The notes beneath the pieces are model-generated. The model was given only the letters and a program-made list of their open reading frames with translations. It searched no databases and had not been told where the DNA came from. The translations under genes and the position numbers were made by a program. From Vulcanisaeta sp. AZ3 (GTDB lineage: Archaea; Thermoproteota; Thermoprotei; Thermoproteales; Thermocladiaceae), in the NCBI GenBank assembly GCA_000960865.2, contig JZWU02000035.1:1-13790 (forward strand): a stretch of 13,790 nucleotides of DNA, given 5' to 3'. Numbering within the stretch: position 1 is the first letter of the stretch; the number at the start of each line of letters is the position of its first letter. This document shows, one piece after another, positions 1-7,793 of the stretch.

Positions 1-886
1 CCTCTCTCTTTGGTGCTATTGCATCTATCTCATCTATGAATATTATTGCTGGCGCATTCTTCTTAGCCTCCTCAAAAATCTCCCTCAACTTAGCCTCAGA
101 CTCACCATAATACTTCGAGACGATTTCAGGACCATTAATCGCTATGAAATACGCATTAGTCTCTGTAGCCACAGCCTTAGCCAACAAAGTCTTACCAGTA
201 CCAGGAGGACCAATCAACAAAACACCCTTAGGAGGCTCAATACCCAAATGTTCAAAGATCTCAGGGTGTTTGAGGGGTAGTTCGACTAACTCTCTAATCT
301 TCTCCTTAGCCTCCTTTAAATCACCAATATCCTCCCAAGTGACTCTTGGTATGTTTATGTTTTCGACTGGTTTCTCGTAGATTATGAGGTTTGTATCTTC
401 GTCAATTATTATTGGTGTGTCATTTGGTTTTGCTTGGATTACTTGGAATGTTAGTGGTTGTCCAAGTACTTGTATCTGCACTAAATCACCCTCCATTAAT
501 ACGTAATCCCTTAACTTCTGCTTTGTATATTGTACGAAATTCTGATCAACACTAATTGTCATATTTACTGGGGCTAATTTAACCATTACTGCCTTCTTTG
601 CGTCAACCTTCCTAACCCTAACCTTTTGGTCAATCTCCACATTTGCATTCCTCCTTATTATCGCATTCATCCTAATTATGCTCTTACCCTCATCTTCGGG
701 TAATCCATACCAAACCTTAGCGGCTGTCCTCCTCATACCCTCAATTAATAATATCATACCTGGCTCAATTCCATACCTCCTCATAATTTCAGGATCAACC
801 CTAACAATAGGCCTCTGAGCATCCCTCTGCTTAGCCTCCTTAACAACAAGCTCAATCCAATCATCAACATGAGAACCCTCCATCAT
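1..886 (-). CDS. cdc48: CDC48/VCP-family AAA+ ATPase, N-terminal 295 codons (runs off the left edge)
   Basis: Hand translation of the minus strand from ATG 886 (or 883): [32 protein letters not shown]...[59 protein letters not shown]...SKYYGESE...[15 protein letters not shown]. Contains the N-domain, Walker A (GPPGTGKT) and Walker B (IIFIDEID). SD-like AGGTGAG at 897-891. Absent from the ORF track because there is no stop in the window. Confidence 0.97.
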   Translation of the reverse strand, partial: MMEGSHVDDWIELVVKEAKQRDAQRPIVRVDPEIMRRYGIEPGMILLIEGMRRTAAKVWYGLPEDEGKSIIRMNAIIRRNANVEIDQKVRVRKVDAKKAVMVKLAPVNMTISVDQNFVQYTKQKLRDYVLMEGDLVQIQVLGQPLTFQVIQAKPNDTPIIIDEDTNLIIYEKPVENINIPRVTWEDIGDLKEAKEKIRELVELPLKHPEIFEHLGIEPPKGVLLIGPPGTGKTLLAKAVATETNAYFIAINGPEIVSKYYGESEAKLREIFEEAKKNAPAIIFIDEIDAIAPKRE

Positions 887-914
887 AATCCTCACCTAAT
901 AATTCCTCCGTTGA

Positions 915-924
915 ATTAAAAAGC
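915..924 (-). promoter_or_regulatory. Putative TATA box of cdc48
   Basis: Minus strand reads AATAAGCTTTTTAATT, with the T-tract/TAA core about 30-37 nt upstream of ATG 886. Confidence 0.5.
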
Positions 925-958
925 TTATTGCGTTGATATTTTTCGTTAAATCATTTAA

Positions 959-1237
959 TTAAAAGCCTAATCTTGTAAAGTACTCAAGTTCAATGCTACC
1001 AATGCCCTCAATCCCACTTAATACCTCCTCAACCTCGTCACTTGAATGCTCCTCAGACGACTCAGGCATTCTGATGTAAATCTTGAGCGCTTTAATTCCA
1101 AAACCTATGTCTTCCTCATCTATTTTATCAACCTTGTATTTAGGCTCTAAGGCCTTCCTTATCGTACTTTTTAACTCCTCATAATCAATATCCGATTTGC
1201 TTGGGGTAACCCTATAGACTAGGTATACCTCTGCCAT
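959..1237 (-). CDS. ef1b: Archaeal translation elongation factor 1-beta
   Basis: 92 aa. [12 protein letters not shown]...IDYEEL...[15 protein letters not shown]...[18 protein letters not shown] matches the aEF-1beta pattern (IGFGL/IKAL motif). Confidence 0.93.
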   Translation of the reverse strand: MAEVYLVYRVTPSKSDIDYEELKSTIRKALEPKYKVDKIDEEDIGFGIKALKIYIRMPESSEEHSSDEVEEVLSGIEGIGSIELEYFTRLGF

Positions 1238-1261
1238 AGCAGTTCACGGTTAAGTCAAATA

Positions 1262-1269
1262 TTTATTAA
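1262..1269. promoter_or_regulatory. TATA box, probably bidirectional (ef1b and MFS gene)
   Basis: TTTATTAA on +, TTAATAAA on -. It lies 25-32 nt from the ef1b ATG (1237) and 24-31 nt from the MFS GTG (1293). Purine-rich GAAGGG precedes it on the minus strand. Confidence 0.6.
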
Positions 1270-1292
1270 CCCTTCTATAAATTTAAAATACT

Positions 1293-2411
1293 GTGAAAAA
1301 ACATGGAGGTACATATGCAATCGTCATAGCCTCGTTATCCTTCCTCTCCGTGGTTATGGTTAGATTCTCAATACCATCATTATTACCATATATAATTAGT
1401 CGTGGTGCGAGCACGGCCATGGGTGGTTTAATTGTGTCAGTCCTTTGGGTTGGCTATACAATATTTCAATTAGTTGGTGGGCTTATTGTGGATAAGTATG
1501 GCTATAATACGATTATTTACGTCTTAGTCCTAATAGCCATGCTCAATGTCCTATATCCATCTATAATTAATTACTACTCCATTTTATTAATAATGCAGTT
1601 CGCGATGGGTTCTTTAATGGCTATTTCTTACGTTGCTTTAATAAGCATGGTCCTAGTTAATTACAGTAGGGGTGGTCTTGGTGCAGGTATTTACCAGAGC
1701 ATGTTTTTCATAGGTTCGTCGATATCAATAATCCTCTCGCCTTACTTATTCTCAATCAATAAATACATACCATTCATCCTATTCTCAATAATAATACTCT
1801 TCCTAGTGCTACCAATATCTAGGGTTCCAAGGCCTAATAGGATTAGCGGCAATATTGTCATAGGTCCTGAGAATGCTAGGATTCTCGGTATGGGTTTCAT
1901 AAGGTTCTCGGCAGGGTTCTCATACATAGGTTTCTTGGGTTGGTCTACGTATTTCGTTGTTCGTATACTTCACGTAGAGCCAGTCTATAGTGGCTTCTTT
2001 GCTTTCTTATCCTCCATTGGTGGTTCTGTGGGTTCCGTGTTGGGTGGTTATGTTGGTGATAAGTTTGGGTATGCGTTGCCTAGTATCTTGTCAGCTTTAT
2101 CCTTGGCTATTACTATCTGTTTCATAGCGAGGTTAATGATTATTTACGTAATAATCATATTAATGCTCCTCCTGGGCTTCCTATATGGTTTTTACGCAGC
2201 TCCATCAATAGCGATTTCTAAATTCGCAAAGGGTGTTGGTGCGGCGAGTGGTTTTCTAAATTTCATGAGCCAATTAGGTGGTTCTGTATCTCCATACTTA
2301 ATAGGTTTTTTACTGCAGTATGGCGGGTTTGATTATGCATTATTAATTGTTGGTTTAGTATCCATTGTATCGATTATTGTAGGTTCAACGCTACTGATTA
2401 GGGCTGTTTAA
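1293..2411 (+). CDS. Major facilitator superfamily transporter, substrate unknown
   Basis: 372 aa with about 12 hydrophobic segments. MFS motif A occurs in both halves (GGLIVDKYG, GGYVGDKFG). GTG start. Confidence 0.9.
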   Translation: MKKHGGTYAIVIASLSFLSVVMVRFSIPSLLPYIISRGASTAMGGLIVSVLWVGYTIFQLVGGLIVDKYGYNTIIYVLVLIAMLNVLYPSIINYYSILLIMQFAMGSLMAISYVALISMVLVNYSRGGLGAGIYQSMFFIGSSISIILSPYLFSINKYIPFILFSIIILFLVLPISRVPRPNRISGNIVIGPENARILGMGFIRFSAGFSYIGFLGWSTYFVVRILHVEPVYSGFFAFLSSIGGSVGSVLGGYVGDKFGYALPSILSALSLAITICFIARLMIIYVIIILMLLLGFLYGFYAAPSIAISKFAKGVGAASGFLNFMSQLGGSVSPYLIGFLLQYGGFDYALLIVGLVSIVSIIVGSTLLIRAV

Positions 2412-4836
2412 TAATGTAAACGCCAATCTTTTCATCCAATGTATCATAACTACCTTCAGGCTTTCTAAAGTGTAATTCCCTAATCTTGTGCATTACCTTC
2501 AATTCAGTCTCTAGTGGCTTGAGTGTTTCAGGTGCATAGACTATGCCGTCTATTGGTTCGTTAAGGCTTAATCCAGCTTTGTTCTTGTAAATCCATATTA
2601 CTCCATTGAATTCCATGAATGTGTCAAGGAGTTTGAGATACTCGGGATTGTCAAACCTTGGGTCTGGGTCCTCAATTAATTGCCTATGTATGGACTCGCC
2701 ATATAGGCTCCTCCATATTTGGTCTGTTATGAAGGGCATTATTGGAGCTAATAACTTAAGCACGGTCTTTAAAACCCTATAGAGCGTGAACCAAGCACCT
2801 CTCTGCTGTCTCTCAGTAAAGATCCCCTCTCTGTTATATGCCCTTGATTTAACAGCCTCGAGATAATGATCTGCAAATATGTGCCAGGTGAAATCGTAGA
2901 TTAGGTTTATGGGCACGTAAGTATCAAAATCATTATATGCCTTAATCGCCTCTCTCGAGACCTCATTCAACTTAGCCAGAATAGCCATATCGAGTGGTGT
3001 TAATTCATAGTCCTCATTAACCTCAGGGAATGAGGACACAAACCTAGCTATATTCCAAAGCTTAGTGGCAAAGTCATGCCCAGTTCTCACTAACTGTTCA
3101 CTATACCTATAATCACTACCTAACTTAGCTGCAGCGGCTGCCCAGAACCTAGCGGCATCTGCACCATGCTTCTCCACTGGTGGTATTGGGTCTATTATAT
3201 TACCCTTGGACTTATGCATAGCCTCACCCTTCTCATCAAGCCCCATGCCGCTGATCCTAACGTACTTAAACGGAGGCTTCCCATACAGTAGATACGCCCT
3301 AACCACTGAGTAATAGAGCCAAGTTCTAATTATTTCATAGCCCTGAGGCCTAAGTATACTATGTGGATAAACCTTCTCGAAAACCCTAATCTCAGGTTTC
3401 GTGTAACCCGTGGCGTAGATCCAAGATATTGATGAGTCAAACCAAGTGTCGAGAACTCTATCCTCACCTACTAACCTCCCATTTGGGCATTGCTCTCTGA
3501 TCTCAGGCGGCGGTTCATCCCTCCATGGCCTATAATACTTACCTGGGTTTGGCACTATTGGCCTTGCATTGCCCTCCTCATCAATGCAATACCAAATTGG
3601 TATCTCTGTCCCATAATACCTACGCCTTGATATTGGCCAATCAAACTCCAAAGACTTTATCCAATCAATGAGCATTTGCGCAAACTCCGGTGGTTTTACC
3701 ACCATCTCATTCCGAACAAGCTCAATTAAGTTATCCTTAAACGGTAATTGCTTCAAGAAATACTCCTTAGTAACTATTATCTCAATCGGCGTCTTACACC
3801 TCCAGCATATAGGTACAGTGTGCCTAAGTGGCTCTCTCTTGACAAGGAGGCCCGCGTCTTGCAAATCCTTAACTATGGCCTCCCTAGCATCCCTAATATT
3901 CAACCCTCTATACTTACCCGCCAGCTCGTTCAATGTACCGTCTGGATTCACGATAATCCTCATGGGCAACTTAAGTTCATTAATGACCATTAAATCCCTC
4001 GTATCACCAAAACTACTTATCATCTCAAGCCCAGTACCGAAGCCAGGCTTAACCGAGGGATGCGTAACTATAAGTACCTCCTGATTTAATGGAGGAACTA
4101 AAGCATGTAATCCCTCAAGTCTCTTATACTCATCATCGCCTGGATTGAAGGCTACGGCCACCGTGGCTGGTAATAATTCAGGCCTTGTTGTTGCTATTAC
4201 TATATCCTCACCAGTCTCCTTAACTCTAAACTTAATATAATTCAAGTACGAGTCCTCCTCGGTATACTCAACCTCGGCCTCAGCCAATGCAGTCCTGCAC
4301 CTGGGACACCAAAGCGTTGGTCTACTTGCCTCATAGATCAAGCCCCTTCTCCATAAATTAATAAACGTCTCCTGCGTCACTCTCCTATATTCCTCACTGT
4401 CCGTTCCATTTCTCCAGTAGGTGAATGAACCACCCCAACGTCTATAGACAGATACGAACTCACTCTCATACTCATCCAGAAACCTCTTACATAATTCTAG
4501 GAATTTCTCTCTGGGAACCTCATACATATTTATGCCATAGGTCTTCTCTACCTGAACCTCTACGGGTAAGCCATTCCTATCTGCATAGAATGGGAATATT
4601 ACATTGTAGCCTCTCATCCTGAAGAACCTAGCCACCATATCTATCTGGACGTAATGGGCTATACCCCCTATGTGTGGTCTTCCTGATGGATAGGGTGGTG
4701 GTGTGTCTATTACTAGGGTTGGTTTATTATTATCTATCTTCACCTCGAATAAACCTTCTTTCTCCCATTTCTTTAACAACTCTGTTTCCTTTGATATATC
4801 CCATCTCTTCTCTTGTAGTTTGGGTTTAAACTCCAT
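2398..4836 (-). CDS. valS: Valine--tRNA ligase, archaeal type
   Basis: 812 aa. IDTPPPYPSG, HIGH-like HIGG, NGLPVE, CPRC, IATTRPELL, GFGTG editing motif, CWRCKTP, DWPISRRRYYG, VLDTWFDSS, RPQGYEIIRTWL and KMSKS-like AMHKSKGN. Confidence 0.96.
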   Translation of the reverse strand: MEFKPKLQEKRWDISKETELLKKWEKEGLFEVKIDNNKPTLVIDTPPPYPSGRPHIGGIAHYVQIDMVARFFRMRGYNVIFPFYADRNGLPVEVQVEKTYGINMYEVPREKFLELCKRFLDEYESEFVSVYRRWGGSFTYWRNGTDSEEYRRVTQETFINLWRRGLIYEASRPTLWCPRCRTALAEAEVEYTEEDSYLNYIKFRVKETGEDIVIATTRPELLPATVAVAFNPGDDEYKRLEGLHALVPPLNQEVLIVTHPSVKPGFGTGLEMISSFGDTRDLMVINELKLPMRIIVNPDGTLNELAGKYRGLNIRDAREAIVKDLQDAGLLVKREPLRHTVPICWRCKTPIEIIVTKEYFLKQLPFKDNLIELVRNEMVVKPPEFAQMLIDWIKSLEFDWPISRRRYYGTEIPIWYCIDEEGNARPIVPNPGKYYRPWRDEPPPEIREQCPNGRLVGEDRVLDTWFDSSISWIYATGYTKPEIRVFEKVYPHSILRPQGYEIIRTWLYYSVVRAYLLYGKPPFKYVRISGMGLDEKGEAMHKSKGNIIDPIPPVEKHGADAARFWAAAAAKLGSDYRYSEQLVRTGHDFATKLWNIARFVSSFPEVNEDYELTPLDMAILAKLNEVSREAIKAYNDFDTYVPINLIYDFTWHIFADHYLEAVKSRAYNREGIFTERQQRGAWFTLYRVLKTVLKLLAPIMPFITDQIWRSLYGESIHRQLIEDPDPRFDNPEYLKLLDTFMEFNGVIWIYKNKAGLSLNEPIDGIVYAPETLKPLETELKVMHKIRELHFRKPEGSYDTLDEKIGVYIIKQP

Positions 4837-4871
4837 ACCAATAAAGATCCCTCATAACTCCTACTGAACCC

Positions 4872-4879
4872 TTTAAAAA
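4872..4879 (-). promoter_or_regulatory. Putative TATA box of valS
   Basis: TTTTTAAA on the minus strand, 36-43 nt upstream of ATG 4836, implying a short leader. Confidence 0.5.
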
Positions 4880-5061
4880 GAATAACTTGTCTTGGTTACA
4901 TGCTCATCGTGCTTGGCCTTTTATCTAAGGCACGTAAGGAACTTACTTATTTTGGAATTAAAAACCACAACACGGAAATTTAATTTTTAACATTAATCAT
5001 GGAGAATCGAATAAACCGAGTCTCCTAAGGGAAGTGGAAAGGTGCTTAAGTAGCAATTAAG

Positions 5062-5069
5062 TTTTTAAG
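5062..5069 (+). promoter_or_regulatory. TATA box of the ACT-domain gene
   Basis: TTTTTAAG, 24-31 nt upstream of GTG 5093 (leaderless spacing). Confidence 0.6.
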
Positions 5070-5092
5070 CCGTAAACTTCTGGGGTTGGGTT

Positions 5093-5782
5093 GTGGAGGC
5101 ATTATACAGAGAACTATCTCTTGCATTTGAGGGTAAGGATAAGGTACTTGGGGAATTCTTGATTAAGTTTACGGCAGATAGACCTGGCATACTCGCTGCA
5201 TTATCAAACGTATTTGCTGATCATGGAATAAACATACTCAACATATCAGTAAATAGGAATCAACTCCTACTGCACTTCATCGTGGACATGACAAACATAG
5301 ACATATCGCTCAATGACCTAGAGGGAGAACTTAAGAAATTCTCATTTGTCGAATGGGTTAGGTATAGGATTGTTGAGAAGGAGGCGTTCATGATACCATC
5401 AATGATAATGCCAACCTTCAGGGACAAGCAGGTCATGATAATAGAACTCGAGAAAATTAAGAACCTACTAAACAACCCCGAGTTCAGAGAGTTAATAAGA
5501 GAGTTAGGCATGTATGACGCATCGAACCTACGCAATGAAAACCTAAGCGAACTCATTAGGATTGGGCAATTCAGGGGGTTAGGTAGGATAACACTTGTGG
5601 GGAGAGATGGAACAATTACCATCAGGTCATGCACAGAACTAAATGATAGGCAAACAATTGAGGAGCTAATGATTGAGTATTACCTAGGCTTCTTAACACA
5701 GGCATTGAGAAACAAGGTAGAGGTTGTGAGTAAGAATTATGAGGGTGACTGCGTCTCTATAAGCTTCAAATCTCTCAAGTGA
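5093..5782 (+). CDS. ACT-domain ligand-binding protein with a degenerate V4R-like C-terminal domain
   Basis: The ACT signature DRPGILAALSNVFADHGINILNISV is clear. The C-terminal RGLGRI...IRSCTE...YYLGFLTQAL...GDCVSISF resembles V4R (less certain). Confidence 0.75.
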   Translation: MEALYRELSLAFEGKDKVLGEFLIKFTADRPGILAALSNVFADHGINILNISVNRNQLLLHFIVDMTNIDISLNDLEGELKKFSFVEWVRYRIVEKEAFMIPSMIMPTFRDKQVMIIELEKIKNLLNNPEFRELIRELGMYDASNLRNENLSELIRIGQFRGLGRITLVGRDGTITIRSCTELNDRQTIEELMIEYYLGFLTQALRNKVEVVSKNYEGDCVSISFKSLK

Positions 5783-6759
5783 TTAAGATACCTATCAAGC
5801 AAACCAGCCTTACTCATTAACTCACAAACCCTACAAACATCCCTCGACGTAGGCTCACCGCAATACTTACACCTCCTAAGCTGTAGATTGACAGCCCTAT
5901 TACTCATTAATCCAGCCAGAGAATCACCGAAGGAAACGAGAGAATGCTTAATGTTTGGATTATCCTGCTCCCACCTGGATAGAGTGAACTTAAGTTCATA
6001 TCTGGGATTACTATAGACGAATGGGCACTCAAGTTCCATGAGGGGTATTCCATGGTAATACGCATATATCGCTATCTCCTCCTCTCTAACAAAGCGTAAG
6101 GGCTTTATCCTAGGTATCAAGCCCTCCTCATCCCTATCCACAATGGGTTTCGTCCCAAACCACGCAAACCTATCTAAATTATTACTAAGTACATTGAGCA
6201 GGACTGTCTGAGCCTCATCATCAAGGTTATGCCCTATGGCTATTTTCGTGAGGCCTAATTGACGACCTATAATATTCATAGCCCTACGCCTAAGCACACC
6301 ATCAATAGTGCACATATGTACCTCAATACCCCTAGACCAAAGCTCATGAGCAACCTCCGATGCCGTGACTCCAAACAACTCCTTAAACGTGTAAACTCTA
6401 TAGGGTATGTCGAACTCCTCGCTTAATTTTTGTATGTAATCACTCTTGGCCATTCTATAGTAGCAACTATATGGTTGGCCTTCATTTATGCTAAAAGCCA
6501 GGAACTCTACGCTTTTGGGTATCCTATCTTGCTTCCTAAATTTGCCAAGTAAGTACATAAGTGTTAGGCTATCCTTACCGCCACTTATTGCGATACCTAC
6601 CCTGTCGTTATATGTTATGAGTCTGTATTTTCTAATTGTCTTAAGCACGGTATCCTCAATGGATTTAAATAGGCAGTTAAAGCAGAGCCTCTCACCACTG
6701 GCTCTCCTATAGTAATTCGCAAGTCTCTTACCGCACCTACTACATATCAGCGAATCCAT
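5737..6759 (-). CDS. ttuA: TtuA/Ncs6 (TtcA/Ctu1)-family tRNA 2-thiolation ATPase
   Basis: N-terminal Zn finger CSRC...CFNC, PP-loop AISGGKDS, CTIDGVLRRR, IAIGHNLDDEAQT, PRIKPL, ECPF and C-terminal CKYC...CRVC. I prefer ATG 6759 (MDSLICSRC) to the TTG at 6798. The target uridine (34 or 54) cannot be determined from sequence. Confidence 0.88.
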   Translation of the reverse strand: MDSLICSRCGKRLANYYRRASGERLCFNCLFKSIEDTVLKTIRKYRLITYNDRVGIAISGGKDSLTLMYLLGKFRKQDRIPKSVEFLAFSINEGQPYSCYYRMAKSDYIQKLSEEFDIPYRVYTFKELFGVTASEVAHELWSRGIEVHMCTIDGVLRRRAMNIIGRQLGLTKIAIGHNLDDEAQTVLLNVLSNNLDRFAWFGTKPIVDRDEEGLIPRIKPLRFVREEEIAIYAYYHGIPLMELECPFVYSNPRYELKFTLSRWEQDNPNIKHSLVSFGDSLAGLMSNRAVNLQLRRCKYCGEPTSRDVCRVCELMSKAGLLDRYLNHLRDLKLIETQSPS

Positions 6760-6814
6760 AGCTCTGCGCTCATTATTTATTAACTCCTTAAAATACAATT
6801 GCTACAAGCCAACT

Positions 6815-7393
6815 TTAATCAACATAACCACTCCACCTTCTAAATAGATCATTCTCAATACCAAGAAGATCCAAAACCCTACCGACAATGAAATTAATCA
6901 GGTCATCAATGTTACTAGGCCTATGATAGAAGGCAGGGGCTGCAGGCATCACAATGGCACCTGCCAACGTAACTAATTCCATATTCCTAATATGCACTAA
7001 ATTAAGTGGGGTCTCTCTAACAACAAGAATTAACCTCCTCCTTTCCTTGAGAGCGACATCAGCGGCCCTAACAATTAAGTTATCCGTAATGCCATGAGCT
7101 ATAGAAGCTAAGGTCTTCATAGAGCACGGAATTATAACCATACCGTCGTGCTTAAATGAACCACTGGCTATTGGAGCACCTAAATCATGTTCATCATAAA
7201 CCTTATCAGCAAGTCTAGCCACATATTTCTCATCAACACCAACCTCATGCTTCATAATATCAATAGCAGTACTACTCATGACCAGGTAAATCTCAGCATC
7301 ACTTTCATACCTCTTAATAACCTCGAGAAGGCGTATGCCATAAATAACGCCGCTTGCTCCGGTAATACTAACTATGAACCTCCTCACGCGCAT
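6815..7393 (-). CDS. ubiX: Flavin prenyltransferase UbiX
   Basis: ITGASGVIYG, APIASGS, IIPCSMKTLASIAHG, RAADVALKERRRLILVVRETPL and PAAPAFYHRP. Confidence 0.95.
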   Translation of the reverse strand: MRVRRFIVSITGASGVIYGIRLLEVIKRYESDAEIYLVMSSTAIDIMKHEVGVDEKYVARLADKVYDEHDLGAPIASGSFKHDGMVIIPCSMKTLASIAHGITDNLIVRAADVALKERRRLILVVRETPLNLVHIRNMELVTLAGAIVMPAAPAFYHRPSNIDDLINFIVGRVLDLLGIENDLFRRWSGYVD

Positions 7394-7484
7394 TAATAAT
7401 CAGGCTAGTAAATAATCTTGATGTCCGCCTAAATCATTGTAATACAATCGTTATGGAATTGTTTAAGGGTTTTTGTTTTTATTG

Positions 7485-7697
7485 TTATCTTCCTGGTAGT
7501 AGTATTAGGTTTTCTGTGTTTTGTGTTTTGTTTCTTGTGTTTTCTCTGTAGAGTAGGTCTCTTATTGATATTCTAATTGCCTCTGATCTACTTGGGAATA
7601 CTCCTTGTTTAACTAGTTCATCAAGCTCCTCAAGCATTTGCTTTGGAATATGCACACTAATCAACACCATCTTCTCCCTCGCCTTAGTCTTAGGCAT
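7485..7697 (-). CDS. Ribbon-helix-helix (CopG/Arc/MetJ) transcription regulator, CdrS-like
   Basis: 70 aa from ATG 7697: MPKTKAREKMVLISVHIPKQMLEELDELVKQGVFPSRSEAIRISIRDLL. Alternating beta-strand followed by the RSEAIR helix. Start chosen from TATA spacing. Confidence 0.88.
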   Translation of the reverse strand: MPKTKAREKMVLISVHIPKQMLEELDELVKQGVFPSRSEAIRISIRDLLYRENTRNKTQNTENLILLPGR

Positions 7698-7720
7698 AAT
7701 TAAATAGATAAAATACATGA

Positions 7721-7728
7721 TTTATTAA
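7721..7728 (-). promoter_or_regulatory. BRE/TATA of the RHH gene
   Basis: Minus strand GGGGAATC-TTAATAAA, 24-31 nt upstream of ATG 7697. Confidence 0.65.
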
Positions 7729-7793
7729 GATTCCCCACCAAAAACACTGTATATACCTACACACAAACCCCCTAACAAAAACTACAATAACAA

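Noticed and set aside
144-380. 78-aa plus-strand ORF
   Set aside because: Antisense shadow of the cdc48 AAA domain; the minus-strand frame carries the Walker motifs.
1742-4622. ORFs 1742-1927 (-), 3668-4084 (+), 3748-3993 (+) and 4425-4622 (+)
   Set aside because: All lie antisense within the MFS gene or valS, with no recognisable motifs or promoters.
5044-5070. TTAAG repeats and a GCTTAA...TTAAGC inverted repeat before the ACT gene
   Set aside because: TTAA words are very frequent in this window and one arm is the TATA box itself, so it cannot be distinguished from chance.
7505-7550. TGTGTTTT-like short repeats
   Set aside because: Low-complexity coding sequence of the RHH tail (NTRNKTQNTEN) within a GT-skewed block; no regular spacers, so not a CRISPR array or iteron.
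6760-7718. ORF-track starts at 6798 (ttuA) and 7718 (RHH gene)
   Set aside because: Both run through AT-rich promoter sequence; ATG 6759 and ATG 7697 fit the domain starts, and for the RHH gene the TATA spacing, better.
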